Positions 25,611 through 39,920 of a stretch of DNA of 64,000 nt are shown here, piece after piece. Made by a program: the position numbers and the translations under genes. The notes beneath the pieces are model-generated. The model was not told the origin of the DNA and did no database searches. It saw nothing but the letters and a program-made list of their open reading frames with translations. Each line of letters opens with the position of its first letter. Positions within the stretch are counted from its first letter, which is position 1. This DNA comes from Callorhinchus milii (lineage: Eukaryota): the NCBI RefSeq assembly GCF_018977255.1, contig NW_024704743.1, positions 59,522,001 to 59,586,000 on the forward strand. The letters run 5' to 3'.

Positions 25611-27262
25611 ATACCCAGTCAAGCAAAAAAAAGCCCATAGTTCTGACAGTGAATAGTACTGCCTTAATGTACATAATCACACTAAACCCTAAAGTATGTG
25701 AATCATCTTGCAGTATGTGACATGTAACCTAACATGTACTCTGTTATACTAAGCGACCACATCACTCCCACCCTTGCTCGCCTCCACTGGCTCCCCATCC
25801 CTCAGAACACCTTAAAAAAAAAATTGGGCCACTCAATCCATGACCGTTTGTGAGACACTACTGTGTGCAATTGGCTGTCACTTGTCGCCCACAAAATACA
25901 GTCAATTCACATTACAGTATATTCTGGGAAAAGCGCTTTGAGACGTCTCGAAGAGGTGATAAGGTGCTATATCAAGAATTATTATAAATTTGGTGAGTGG
26001 AGTCTGAGATGCCATTAATTGCCTTTAGTGGAAACAGAAAATACTTCATCTGTTCAGTCAAGTATGCCATGGAATTTGTTTGCAGCGGTTTAGAATGTAT
26101 TAAAGCTATAATTATAGCCAGTGAACCACATATGTACCACAGCCACACAGTTCAAATGGAGCATTGTTTCTCTTAAACACTCATACAATGGGTTGTACAT
26201 TCAAAAATTGTTTTGGCAATTATTTTGTAAGGAAGGTCATTCCAATACATCACCATATTCTGGCTCATTAATACTGTGTTGTCTTGTGGGATCCACAGAT
26301 GTGTCTTCAACCTAAAGTTCTCTGGATCCTATGAAAGCTGGAGGTTTCAGCATACATTTCCCCCTTCAGTAATCCATGTGCATTTAATAACTTGGTGTTA
26401 CAAAATATTTAAATTGAGAACACGGTTTTATTTTTCATTGCTTGTGTTCTCTTATACCCTCCCACCCCAAAAGCGTTTGATTCATAACCATTTACAGTTT
26501 CACAAGCCCTCCTGGCCCTTCATTGGCATGAGCATTGGCAGTGAATGCTGACAGACTATTTGACCACAGGAGGGTTTGTAGTGGAGCCTGATTTTCCCTC
26601 TCCCCTGACCTCCATCCTCATACTTCCAGCAAAATTCCAATCATGCGCAGAAAACCAGGGGTGTGCATTTTCCTTACTTAACATGGAACCCTAAAACCAT
26701 TTGTAGTGCTCCTACCCCCAACCATGATTAAAATCAGCCAGCCCAGCAATAATCAGGGATTGAACCTTGTGTTTTTGTGGTCTGCATGACTTGGCTACAC
26801 CAGTCAAAAATAGCTTAAATGCTACACAGTGTTATTTTAAGATTCATCTAATCAAAGCATTGAGTGGGAATTGTACAGAAGTCACTTGAGGATAACTACA
26901 ATAAGTATTTGGTGTGGTAATATGGTAATGAAAAACAGGTCATGGTTAGCATCAAGAAATCAATGAAATTTATAATAATAATAATCCTTGCATTTGAAAG
27001 CACTTTTCATGAATGCGTTTCACCGGATTTGCCTTCATGGATACTGACTGGTTCCTTGGGATGTTCTCCCGATGTGAAAGGGGCTATACAAATGTAATTT
27101 TGTTGTTGTTGTGCATCTAGTAAGCATTTTGTTTGTTACCTGTCAAATCGATGAGAATTGAAAATCCTGATCCCACAAATTTCTCATGATCTTAGATCAC
27201 TTCAAATTTAAGATTGTATAAAATTTTGGAAAGTAAACTTAAATTCAGTTTAAGTTTACTTA

Positions 27263-27560
27263 GGAGTCCTGTAGTTCAGTGGTTAGAGCACTTGCCTCGC
27301 AAGTGAGAGACCTGGGTTGATTCCCGGAAGGGCAAAGCCTTGGGCAAGTTTCCTTACTCTATATGGCTGATAATAATCCTTCAAGAAAAATAATAATAAT
27401 AATTTGGTCACCCAATCCACGACTGTTTGTAGGACATTGCTGTGCGCACTTGGCTGCCGTGTTTCGCCCACAAGTATACAGTCAATTCACTTTATTCTGT
27501 GAAGCGATTTGAGATGTCTAGAACATGTGAAAAGCGCAATATCAAATGCAAGGATTTTAT
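27263..27560 (+). mobile_element. tRNA-Ala-derived SINE inserted within a palindromic MITE (~27205-27685)
   Basis: SINE head to tail as at 8100. The flanks rejoin into an inverted-repeat element like 4737-4958. Confidence 0.85.
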
Positions 27561-30466
27561 TTTTTAAATTCAGTCTTAATTTGGAGACCGATTTTTCTAC
27601 TAAACAGAAAGGAATTGTAGAAAATCTGAATCCAGGTTGAGAATGAATTTATGAATTTTTCCAAAATTCTGTAAAATCTTGAAATATTTAGTGTTCAGAA
27701 TGTTCTCTATGCTGTAAACTTTATTCAATTCAAGTTCTTATATTTCATAAATCCTTTGAATTTTACGTGAATGGGATTAAAAAATGACAAATTAAATTTA
27801 GTGAGGTACTATATGCAATGGATGGACAATGAGGGTAATAATAATCCTTGCATTTGATATAGCGCCTTATCATGTCATTGAGAATTCTCAAAGTCCATCA
27901 CAATATATACTGTAAAGTGAATTGACTGAATATTTTGTGGGTGAAACGCATTCCAAGAGTGGAGGAGAAAGAGGATTCGGGTGTACTTTTCAACTAAAGC
28001 TATAAAGTTTTCGGGGAATAGAAGACTGCTGAAGAAAAGGGAACGGAAGTTGGAGTGGTTAACTCGGACACAAGATATACCTAAGAAGTTAACATGGTTA
28101 AATCAACTTTGTAGAAAAACTATGATATGAAATTCTCTGGTTAGATTTGCATAATGTGAAAAGGGCTGTTTGTTACAGTCTGCCAGGTCAAAAGAAGGAA
28201 TAATGTGTCACTTTGTGGCAATGCTAGAAGATAATCAAAAGAAGGAATTCCTTTTGGGGGGATGTCAATCAACCCAATGTAAAATTGGAATGCCCGAATG
28301 GGAATGACTCTGAGCTTGATGGAGGTCGAGTGGTTGAACTTGTAAGCTATAGTGATGATTGTAGAGCTACATTTCAACTAATGTGGGGAAATAGCACAGA
28401 CACTCAATCTAAGCCTCAATATACAACTTTATACGAGAGAATTTCATTGTTGTGAAAGCTGTGCTCGGTGCAGACTAGAAAGCACTCTTTGAGGATAACC
28501 AAGTTGAGAATAAATTGACTTTTTTGAAAATATTAGGCAGAGCTTTCAGTAAAGCAAGCATATATAATGAAGTGAAGTAGGGGCACCTGAAACAAATGTG
28601 CTCTAAAATGGATCAGTAGGAAAACCGAAAATTTAAAGATCTTTGAGGAGGAAGAAAGAAATTGACTAATGGGCTAAGTATAAGACTATATAGAAGGAAG
28701 TTTCTACCCTTCATGTGGGGTAATGTGGGGTCTTGGAGCACTATTAAGATATCGGGATGTCAGAACAGAGTTTAAAACTCAAGGGGACGCAAACAAATGA
28801 TAATCAAGATACTAAATGTCTTCTACTGGTTGGTTTATCCAAAGAAGAAAACTAACAATATACTGTCTGGCTCTGAAATTCAGTAGGAAGGCAGAGATTC
28901 AAAGGACAATAAATCAAATAGATACTCCAGGGTAATCAGAGACAGCAAGGAGAGATTTAAGAAGCACCAACATTAATTTTAAGGAAGTCGATGAACATTG
29001 CGAATTTAATGATAACTGAAAGCATAACAATTAAATACCTGACAACTACAATGAAATTGTAGATTTTAAAAACAGGGACATTGAGTGAAAAAATAAAAAG
29101 GCAATGTTATATTGATACAAGATGCAAGTTAGGCCACAGTTGGGAGTACAGTAGAACTTTGTTTATCTGGACACGGTTTAACCACACAAACATGGGGAAA
29201 TTGCTGAGCTATGGGGAAAAGGCAATTAAATGGGATCAAGTGGATTTCAAAGAGCCATCACAGACGAATGGTCTTGTTTGTGCTGTAAGTTTCTCTTCTG
29301 TACTGTACCTTTCTGTGTTTCTAGGTTTCCTAGGCAGAAGTTGAATGTGGGGTTGTGAGATACCAGCAAAAGTACTGCTATGTGCATGTATGAGGTTTTC
29401 AGCTCAAGTGTTACTCGGTCTTGCTGCAGTAAGAAAGTCTTGAACTTTTACAGTGTATATTTTAAGGTTAGAGATAGAGATGTTGTAGAGGTAAATAAAT
29501 TAAAACAATATGTAGACTGTCAAGAGAGAGTGAGACAGAGACTGAGAGATACTTGGGAAGAAAAAAGGGCAGAATAAAAAGGAAGGGAGTCAGCAAAAAA
29601 CAGAGGCAGAAAGAAAGGTTGGCACAGTGTGATACTATAGTAATAATAAAATTCTTGCATTTGATATGGCGTCTATTCACATCTTCGGGATGTTTCAAAG
29701 TGCTTCACAGAATATACTGTAAAGTGAATTGACTGTATATTTTTTGGGCGATTTTGGTAACAGAGAGAGGGATGCTTCCTGTTGAAAGCATTTGTTTTAG
29801 TTAGCACAGTAGCCACAGTATTTTGGGTGATGTCCAATTCTCTATTTGCTTATTTGGAATGGGGCCAGTCTCAATTAATTTGGATAAACACTTCTTTACT
29901 GTATTGTATTCAATTTGGTACTCTTATTATAATACTTAACATTTGATAAGGCACACTTCACATCAGGAGGATGTCTCAAAGCTTCACAGGTTTATTTTGT
30001 AAAATGTAGTGACTAGATTGTTTGTGAACAAATCATAGCAATATATCACAAACAGTCACAATTGGATTACCAATTTTTTTAAATCTGGGACATTGTTGAC
30101 CAGGACACCAGGTGAAACTCCCTTCTCTTTTCAAATCATACCATGGGAATGTCCACTTGAATAGAACCTCGGATTAACGTCTCATTCAAATCACCTCCAA
30201 CGGTGTAATGTTGCAGTGCAAACCTCCAGCTTCCACTAAGATCATCACAGCCATAGATAGAGAGAGGATGGTGGAATTTCAATGGGATGAATTGTATATT
30301 ATTTTGTTGGAATGTTTTTCTGAAATAGAAAAGATTGGGTCGGGAATCTAATGATTTGTTTTTTTTAGTTGTGAATGATTTTGAAAACTTAAAAAGAGAG
30401 AAACTTTCTACTGCTAGTTGCGTAAGTAACAAGAGAGCGTAAATTAAGGAATATCACAGAAGTAAT

Positions 30467-31970
30467 ACAACAACAAAATTACATTTATAGAGCACCTTTC
30501 ACGTCAGGAGGACGTCCCAAAGTTCTGGACAGTCAGGTGTTGGGGCCCGAGCAAGGGGGAGGGGTGGTGTAGGGGTGAGAGAAGGCAGAGAGGTGGGAGG
30601 GAGACCAAAGGCACGGTCGAAGAGAAGGGTCTTGAGACCGGCCTTGAAGGAGGCAAGGGAGGAAGCGAGGCGAAGGCACTGGGGGATGGAGTTCCAGAGT
30701 GTGGGGGCAGAGAGGCTGAAAGTCCGGCCACCGATGGGAGGGCGGGTCGGGCGGGAGATGTGGAACAGGCCGGAGCCCGATGAATGGAGGGAGCGGGCAG
30801 GTTGGTAGGGAGTCAGAGAGGTAGGAGGGGGCAAAGCCATGGATAGCGTTAAAGGTGAGGACGAGGATCTTGGATCTCGATCCTCTGGGGGATGGGGAGC
30901 CAGTGGAGTCGGGCGAGGGTGGGAGTGATAGGGTCACGGAGCCTGGTGCGTGAGAGTACACGAACTGCAGAGTTTTGGATGATCTGCAGTTTGTGAAGGG
31001 AAGAGTTGGGAAGGCCGATGAGGAAGGAGTTCCTGTAATCGAGCCTTGAAGTGACGAATGCGTGGGTGAGGGTTTCGGCAGCCTGAGGGGTGAGGCAGTG
31101 GCGGAGTCTGGCAATGTTGCGGAGGTGGTGGTAGGCAGTGCCGGTCATGGTGTGGATGTGGGGGAGAAGGGACAGTTCAGGGTCAAACAAGATACCCAGG
31201 TTCCTGACTGGCTTAGTGAGGTTGAGAGTGCAGCCATGGAGTGTAATGCTGCCAGCGCCTGAGGTGCGGAGGCGCTGGCGCGAGCCAATCAGGAGGGCTT
31301 CGGTCTTGCTGACGTTGACTTGGAGAAAATTGACCCTCGTCCAGGACTTGATGTCAGACAGGCAGTCGGTCAGGAAGCCAGTAGTCCTGGAGTTGAGGGT
31401 GGAGGCAGAGAGATAGAGTTGGGTGTCATCCGCATACATGTGGAAATTTACCCCATGTCTGCGGATGATGTCACCAAGGGGGAGCGTGTAGAGGGTGAAG
31501 AAGAGGGGACCGAGGACAGAGCCCTGAAGAACATCGCATGAGACAGTGCGGGGGCTGGAGGAGAAGCCGTTTGCCGCGACTAAGTGGAGGCGGTGTGAAA
31601 TGTAGGACCTGAACCAGTCAAGAACAGAACCTTGATGGTTGAGGTGGGAGGAGAGGTGGTGGAGGAGGATTGAGTGGTCCACGGTGTCAAAGGCGGCGGA
31701 GAGGACGAGGAGGAGGAGGGAGCCCTGGTCACACATGGTCAGGATGTCGTTTGTGATCTTGACCAGAGCAGTGGGCAGCATGGAAACCTGATTGGAGGGG
31801 TTTATGGAGGGAGTGGGAGAAGAGGAAAGAGCGAAGCTGGGGGCAGCGGTTCTCTCAAGGACCTTGGACAGGAAAGGGAGGTTTAAGATGGGCCGGTAGC
31901 TGGATAGCTGTGATGGGTCGAGGGAAGGTTTGTTCAAGGTGGGGGTGATAGTGGCAGTGGAGTGGAGATT
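30467..31970 (-). mobile_element. L2-clade LINE, 5'-truncated; best-preserved RT copy (subfamily A)
   Basis: ORF 30849..32072 has [42 protein letters not shown] and SRLDY. The 3' tail is intact with (ttg)n. There is no endonuclease domain and the 3' end is frameshifted. Confidence 0.95.
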
Positions 31971-32849
31971 ATAAAAAAAGAAATTGTTTGGAACATGGAA
32001 TTCTCTGCTGTTTTTATTTAAAAAGAAAGTTGGTATGTGCAGCAGCTTCAACAAAAAATAATACTTCAGCATTTTTACAGAAGCCAGGTAGGTACTGCTC
32101 CTTTTGGAAATACAAATGAATTAATTCTTATATATAATAGTTAAAAGAAGCGTCTCACCATTCTGATTTTTTTTTATATCCCCCCAGAAGGCTCACATCT
32201 TATTTTTTTGACATTTTTTGTATTTCTTTAAATAATTTTTTTTAAAACAACAACAAATGCTGTTGACATTTTCAGGGAGATAGCTCGGAGGCATCACTGA
32301 CTCTTAGCAGTGTAAAGGAAGAGAATTATTACTGTTGAAATTACACTAGTGCTGAAGCCCTCTGGGTTACTGATAACTCCCTGCCTCACATCATTGCGGC
32401 AGATAATCAAGATGCACACCTCAAGGTGCTTTAGGAACAATCATTTCAACTACTTGTTAATTCAACTAGTTTACAATTGGAGACTTCCTATCAACCCCAA
32501 GTCAGTTTTCCCCAGCAATATCATATTATTTCATGTAACTAAAATAAACAAACCTATGTGTTTATATAAAATGTATTTTTTTTAAAAAAGAAATAAATCA
32601 ATTATTTTTTTTAAAAAGCAAGGAAACTTATTTTAAGATTTCTTTAGAAGATAATTAAGTCAAAATATAAGCTGTTAATTTCAGGAAGGGATTTAATACA
32701 TATTGGATTGGCAAGATGATGTAAAACTGAATGTTAAAACCGATTTCCCCTGCATGTGTGTGATGAACCCACAGGTTGTTCTCATTGTTTTTACATATCT
32801 ATTGTCTATGTTCGCTATTTAAAATAGAGGGCAGTGGAGTCCTTTTACA

Positions 32850-33258
32850 TTGGGCATCTGATTTTAGTGTTTATTGATTTGATTTTTCGGGGTTTATTTT
32901 TCGCACATTTTAGAGTGTTTATAAATCGGGGGGTTTTCAGGGCTTTTGTTATTGTGATGAGAAGACACCACTGAGCACACAATGGAAAGAGGCCCCTCAC
33001 ACATGCATAGTGCTCCCCTCTCAAGCACTTCACCAGACACGTGCACAGAGCAGAGGGAGAAACGGAGAGGGCCGCACACACTGTTGGCACACCAGCACGC
33101 CACTGAGCGTGAACGAGACAACCTCTCCTCAGAGTTGTGTCAGGACAGGCATATCTGTTGCTTTTCCAGTTTTTATTGGATAAAGACCCAGTTTATTTTT
33201 TTGTGTTGGGGGTGCTTAATTGGGGTTAATCAGTTAACCCCCCAAATCAGAAGGCCAA
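32850..33258. mobile_element. Possible non-autonomous DNA transposon (hAT-like)
   Basis: Imperfect 16-bp terminal inverted repeats ttgggcatctgatttt / caaatcagaaggccaa (13/16). No clean TSD. Confidence 0.4.
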
Positions 33259-34719
33259 ATTACACAATACAATGCAATTTACATTTATAGAGCGCCTTTC
33301 ACATTGTGAGGATGTCTCAAAGCTGTTATGCACCATGTGCCAACTATTTGAAAATGCATATTCATATTAAGATTATTGAGCACTACCTGCAACCAAGCTG
33401 TTTAGAAGCTGTTTTCCTGCAGTTCTTGAAATTAACTGGCTTCAAAATTAGCATTGAATTTGATTTTTTTAAATAATTTGATGCATTTCTAAAGCTGTAG
33501 TGATTAGTTTTGATGGCTCTGCTGTACCGTTTCTTGCTTCTGAGTTATAAAAATAATAATACTTGCATTTGACACAGCGCTTTAACGTCATCAATATCTC
33601 AAAGAGCTTCACAGAATTTTACTGTAAAACGTAGTGACTGAATTTGTAGGTAAATTGCAGATGTTCTTCGTTAATCCTTGTGTACTGGAGATCCTTCTGT
33701 TCTCTCTCTCCCTCTCTTTTGTGTGTGTGTGTGGGTGTATGTGTGTGTGCACATATTTTAAATCTTGCCAAAGAGAAGATATTCTATTTTTTCCTGTTTG
33801 GCAGGAATGCAAATCTTTCTGTGCTCCCAGCATTTTAGAATTGTGCTGTCAGAACTATTCGTGAGGAAAACTTTGCACATGTTGCATTCTTCAGACAAGG
33901 ACATTGATCTAAATACCATGGTTAACATTGTGGCATATTAGTGGTACAATTTGCCCTTTTTACTTTGAATCTCTTATATCAAAAATAGTAACTAGCCTAA
34001 AAAGATTTACTGAAGATTTGTCAGCCTACTCAGATATTGTTAATATTTTAAAGCTATGCAATCCTGTGAATTACTGTGTAGATTTTTATTTACTGCTCTC
34101 AGTCTCCTTTATCCAAACCGTGCTCATACACAGTGGAGATTTATGCTTATTGTTTTCTGTCTATAACATTATTGTGAACTGAGTGCCCCCTTTCACTTAT
34201 TGCTACCCTACAGACATCTAATGTTACTGGTCGAACAATGTTTTTCTTTTTCTGGTCTGGTGAGCTATGCTATATCTGCGTGGAAACCATATGCAAATGG
34301 AACTTTGATCTTTAGGGTTTTCCTTTGCTGTATTAGCTAACAGCCCTATAGGGACTTAAATTGGTTTACAAAATGAAAGTGTAGCTCACAATCTGAAATT
34401 CAGTTCTCTTTATTTCCCGAACTGAGCATGTATGCTGAAATAATGGAAGCTTGTGGTAGTCTTTAGTTTGTGTTGTTCAGCTAGTTTTTCTAGCAAGATT
34501 CCTGTGGTATAAGTAGCTAGTATGGGAGAAGAGTAATGTTGGCTGCAGCATGAGTGTAAATTGTTCCATTATGGGGTCCTTCTGATGTATAGAAACAGTC
34601 TTCTGCTTATCGGTACTAGTAGAAGTCTAGGCTTCCCCTTGGGTGAAGTACAGAATCTTGGAAAGTTTACCTCATAGGAGACCCAACATTTCTGTGTTGG
34701 TGTGTCCTTCAAATGATGG

Positions 34720-35120
34720 CCCTTGCATTTGATATAACACCTTATTACATTGTCAGGTTGTCTCAGAAGGGCTCTTTGGATATACAGTGTCCCGTGGTGT
34801 GAGTGTGTGTGTTTGTGGGTAAGTGCCAGTTTGTGCGCAGCATGTCCCACTGGCAGCCATGAGGTGGGTGACCATTTTTATTTTTGCTTGTTGGCCAGGA
34901 CACTGGGATAAACTCTTTTTTTCTTTTTGAATAGTGCTATGAGATCTTTGACGTTCACTGGCCCAGTAGTTGAGGCCCTGGTTTGCGAATCATCTGAGGA
35001 GCGGCACTCCAGCAGCGCTGTGTTGGAGTGTCAACATGGACTATATTGTTTGTGGATCCCAATGTTGGGCTTGAGTTCAAGTCATTTGGTACAGGGGTGA
35101 GAGCACTAGCAACTGAGCCA
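34720..35120 (-). mobile_element. DeuSINE-like element
   Basis: Motifs ttggccaggacac...gaatagtgctatgagatctttgacgt...ggagtgtcaac...gagagcactagcaactgagcca. Confidence 0.7.
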
Positions 35121-36136
35121 GACGGATGCAAGTTTATAAGCACAAGTTGGTTTTAAAAAATATATTTTTTTACCGTTCCTTTGGTTACCACCCAAATCAC
35201 ACTTTGCTTTCTCTTCAGTGAATCCCCCCATCATCAACGTTAAGTGCTTGAAAGTGTTTGCCTGATGTGCCAGTTGTTTTTTAAAGCTTTAATTAGATTA
35301 AGTTGGTGGCCCTCTTGCCTCTGGGTTGAGGCTCCGTATTGGGCACTTTGAGCTCACTGTCCAGGCTGGTGATTCAGTGCGGTGCGGTGGGGGGGGCTTG
35401 ATTGTCGGAGGTGCCGTCCTTTGGATGTTGTGTTGAGCTAAGGTCCCACTTGTGCCTGTTTGGATGGACGTTGAAGATCCCATGGCACTAATGAGGGAAT
35501 AGTAGGTTGGGTGTTGTGGAGGGATAAAATTGGATGGGCTGAAGAGCCTTCTTTACATTTTGCCCACAAAATATACAATTCACTTTACAATATATTCTGT
35601 GAAACGCTTTGAGACGTCTCGAAGATGTGATAAGGCGCTATATCAAATGCATGGATTATTATTATTTTACTATTGTTCCAAACCAATCTTTGATCTTGTG
35701 ACCACTGGAGCTATCTACTCGAATCCCATTCTCCTGCTCGTTCCCCAAGAGCTTTAATATTATTTTCCTCAAGTATTTATCCAATTTCCTGTTAATGTTG
35801 TGGACTCAGCTTCAACAGCCATTTATGGTAAGGAATTCAGTATTGCCACAACCCTCTAAGTGTTTTTTTTTAAAAAAAACACTTTGAACCTCTCCCATTT
35901 TTTTGGTGTGGTCAATCCATGCCCTTGTGTTAATGACTTGTTGATCTGCAGAAATCACTGCTTCAGCTCATTTTGAGCATCAAAGATTAACCCAGTTACA
36001 ACAGTCAATTTGATACTCGACTGAGTTGAGACTTGCTTTTGGAATTATTTTTCAATCAAAGACAATTTAGCAAAAGGGAGGGAAGGAAACATTATTCTAG
36101 CGTAAAATAGATGGTGGGCACCAGGTGAAAGAAGGA

Positions 36137-37665
36137 CAACAACAACAAAACATTACATTTGTATAGTACCTTTCAGGTTGGAAGGATGTCCCAAGGTGCT
36201 GGACAATCAGTGTTTCAGATCCGAGCTGGGGGTCGGTATCGGGGAGGAGGGAGTTTGCATGATCAAGCCTGGATGTATGTGTGAGGGTCTCGGCGGCTTG
36301 CGGTGTGTGACATTGGCAGAGCTGGGCAATGTTGCAAAGGTGCGGGAAGGCAGAGCGAGTCATGGCACGGATGTTGCGTAGGAAGGATAGTTGAGGGTCA
36401 AACAAGACCCCAAGGTTCCGGATTGGCTTAGCAACGTGGATTGTGCAACCATGGATGGTGATGCTGTCAGTGCCTGAGGTGTGGAGATGCTGATGGGAGT
36501 CAATCAAGAGAGCCTCAGTCTTGTTGACATTCAACTGAAGAAAGTGAGCTCTCATCCAGGACTTGATGTCTGACAGAGATTCTGTCAGGACAGCAGTGGT
36601 TCTGGAGTCGAGGGTGGAGGCAGAGAGGTAGAGTTGGGTGTCATCCGGAAACATGTGAAAGTTGACCCCATGTCTGCGGATGATATTACCAAAAGGGAGC
36701 ATGGAGATATTAAAGAGGAGGGGACCAAGGACAGAGCCCTGAGGAACGCCGCACGGAACGGTGCGGGGGCTAGAGGAGAAACTGTTTGTGGAGATGAAGT
36801 GGAAGCTGTGTGAGAAGTAGGATCTGAACCACTCAACGACAGAACCATGAAGGTTGAGGTGAGAGGAGAAGCAGTGGATAGTGTGGTCAACGGTATTGAA
36901 GACAGCAGAGATATCAATGAGGACAAGGAGGCATAAGGAAACCTGGTTGCAGAAGGACAAAATGTTATTTGTCGCTGATTCTGTGCTGTGGGCAGCATGG
37001 AACCCGATTAGAGGGGTTTGTGAAGGGAGTGGTGGGAGAGAAAGGAGCGAAGCTGGAAAACAACGATTCATTCCAGGACCTTGGAAGGGAAAGGAAGGTT
37101 GGAGATGGGGTGGTAGTTTGAAAGCAGGCATGGATCCAGGGAAAGCTTTTTAAGGATAGGAGTGACGACGGCTGTTTTTAAAGGGGTGGGAACGGTGCCA
37201 ATGGACAGGGAGAGGTACATGATGTCTGTGAGTAGAGGGGCAAGGAGGTAGAGCTGGGATGTAAGGAGAAGGGTAGGAATGGGGTCGAGAGAGCAGGTGG
37301 TCGGTTTTAGTGGTGGTGAGAGAGGAGGGGGAGACGGGTTTGAAGGTGTCGAGGGAGGGATGGGTAGGGGCCGGAGTGTGAAGGGGAGATGGGGAGGGGA
37401 TAGTTGATGGAAGGGCAGAGACAGCTGAGCGGATCCCCTCGACTTTGGTTTTCGAGGATGTCCAGCATTGCTTCGCAGTTGACGTTGGAGGAGAGGATGG
37501 CCGAGGCATGCGGTGGGCGGTCCAGCCGATTGGTGATGGAGAAGAGAAGCCTGGGGTTGTCCTTGGCCTCCAAAATTGTCTTGGAGTAGAAGGACAATTT
37601 AACGGAGGCGAGGTCGGAGCAGTAAGTTTTGATAAGGTCCAGCCAGATCTTCCGATGGACCGTTA
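36137..37665 (-). mobile_element. L2 LINE RT pseudogene (subfamily A) with a deletion near the 3' end
   Basis: Motifs GVPQGSVLGPLLF and FPDDTQLY. SRLDHANSLL is joined directly to the 3' tail. Confidence 0.92.
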
Positions 37666-38039
37666 AATTAGATTTGAGCCACAAACATTGTGGTGATTCT
37701 GAAAGAAAATTAAAATACTTTGTAAATACAGCCAGACCTATCTGCCCTAACACATTCAACATTTGTTTTTCCAAAATCAGTTTATAAAAATGATGCATAA
37801 ATAATCAGTGACCACAAACAGACAAGTTGGACTGATACTTAAACTGCTATGATGCAATTGAGAAAGTTGCTACACGAAAAGCCACAAATGTAGACGTACA
37901 TCATACTTGCAACTCCATCAAAACCAATTTCTGAGATTTTTTTAATATAGCATCTGGTTAACCAGCCTCAGAAATTCCTACAAGTCCATTTTAAAAAAAA
38001 ATCTAGGTTCTGCATTTAATGCAATATATTTATTATATT

Positions 38040-38160
38040 GAAAACAAAAACAGAAGCGCTAGGATCACTCAGCAGGTCAGGCAGCATCTTTGGAGAAAGG
38101 AAAGTGAGTCAACATTTCGGGTCCACGACCCTTCGTCAGAACGGTCCTGGACGAAGGTTC
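38040..38160 (-). mobile_element. Penelope-type terminal repeat fragment with a hammerhead-like core
   Basis: Minus strand reads CTGACGA-A-GGGTC-GTG-GACCC-GAAA-TGTT. Same family as 62851-63174. Confidence 0.65.
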
Positions 38161-39514
38161 TGGAAGAAGTATCTCTCCTTCAATACATTGTGCAATGTGG
38201 GTTCATGTGACCAGAGGTAATAAGGGGTATGGAGAGGGTATTTGGATTAAAAGATCTGATACGATCTAACAAATTATTGGAACAGGCTCAATCGCTGAAG
38301 GCTTGGCCGCCTTTAGTGGGATTTAGAGGGCAGAGGATGCTCAGCAAGCTCAGAAGTTTGAAGAAGTCAGAGCCAGAAATGAGTTGCATTAGTGGGAGCA
38401 GAGGAGGGTGGCTTCCATTTTGTCCGTGTTTAGCTAAGGAAATCAGGACTTGATATGCTGACTTCCTGTCTTGTCAGTGCACCTGGAATCAAGGACATAG
38501 GTAGAGAGGTAGAATTAGATGCAAACTGCATACACATGGGAACTAACCTCATGTATAATAAATGTTGTGATAACTATCCTATGGGCCTGTTGCATTGCTA
38601 TAAAAGATGATGATTAAGAGAGCTTTTCAACATAATTAAATTTCTGCATCCCTGTATAAAGCAATTCCTATTTTCAGGCTAGAGTTTTGAATTTCATAGG
38701 TGATTTTAAGGTCAGAAGACATAATTGCTCAGTACCTAGAATTGAGGAGTAATGTCTCCCTGTGTGGTGAAATGCACGTGCTTGGTATGTTTAGAGACTA
38801 GGTGGTCCAGTGTGGTATGTTGTGGTTGGGTCANTTTTTTTCCCACAGATGTTAACGTTGGGTCCTGCTGACAGCATGTTACCATAAATTGCCTTATTGC
38901 AGCAAGCTGACTCTGTGGACTAATTTTATTTATACCAGAAGAATGCTGTCCACAGCTTTGGAATAACTCCCATTAACCCTATTGAGGACCCCAGCAATAT
39001 GTCTCTGGCAGGATTGATTGGAGGCACAGCAACATAATATTTCAGTGTATTTTGTGAATTTATTCCTTAAGATTGTGCTTAAGAGATGGAAAAAATCAAG
39101 ATGGAAAAAATCAAGATTTGTAGACTTTTTTCGTGCAAAAGTCGGCAGGTAGTTCCGCCTAATCCTGCACATCCAACCACTTCATTGGTGAGGACTCAAA
39201 CCTTGACAAGCACTTATAGAGGCCATACAACACAATGAATCTTTGCCAAGTGAAATTCCCACATCTGTCATCAGATAATCTTGTCCCACCCAAATATACC
39301 AAAATATGCAGGAACCATATTGTGCATATCAACAACAACAAGATTCCATTTATAGAGTGCCTTTCGTGTCGGGAGGACGTCCCAAGGCGCTGAAATCACA
39401 TGTAACTCAAATTGCCCCTCATCTTAAGCAAGCTTGTAAGCTTGTTCAGCTCTCTTCAAACACATAAGCAAAGGATTGTTTAGATTCCATGCACTTCTCT
39501 AATAGGAGGGCAAA

Positions 39515-39920
39515 ACTTGCATTTTTACAATACCTTGTTATTTAGAAATGTTCAAAGTGCTTTACACTAATCACTGTCAAATGTAGATTTATAGACAAAT
39601 GCTGGAACTATTTACATGGAGCAAGTTTCCACAAAGAGTCATGAGGTGAATGACTAATTAAGCTGGAGGGCTGTTGGCTTGCACATTGGAAAAAAGCTGC
39701 TTATTGTGATTAGTGTCTTAAGATCTTTAATGTCTATTGGAAGAACAGGACAAGAGGACCTTGGCTTAATGTCTCATCTGAAAGAAGCACTTCAACATTC
39801 AACACTCTCCTAATATGACAGTAGGGTGTTAGACAGGAATGTGAATTGAAGTCCATACATGGAGTTTGAACCTATGACATTCCGACCCCGAGGTGAGAGT
39901 GGTACCAATTTAGGCTGGCT
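39515..39920 (-). mobile_element. DeuSINE-like element
   Basis: Motifs gatctttaatgtc...aatgtctcatctgaaag...tttgaacc...gagagtggtacc. Confidence 0.6.

Noticed and set aside
30849..32072. 407-aa ORF as a host gene or active reverse transcriptase
   Set aside because: It is a 5'-truncated L2 copy. The N-terminus is flanking DNA, there is no endonuclease, and it has frameshifted segments. The same applies to the ORFs at 19906, 36097, 46910 and 50773.
38834..38834. Single N base next to a T-run
   Set aside because: This is an assembly ambiguity or contig join with no biological meaning, though a hidden gap would alter the intron length.
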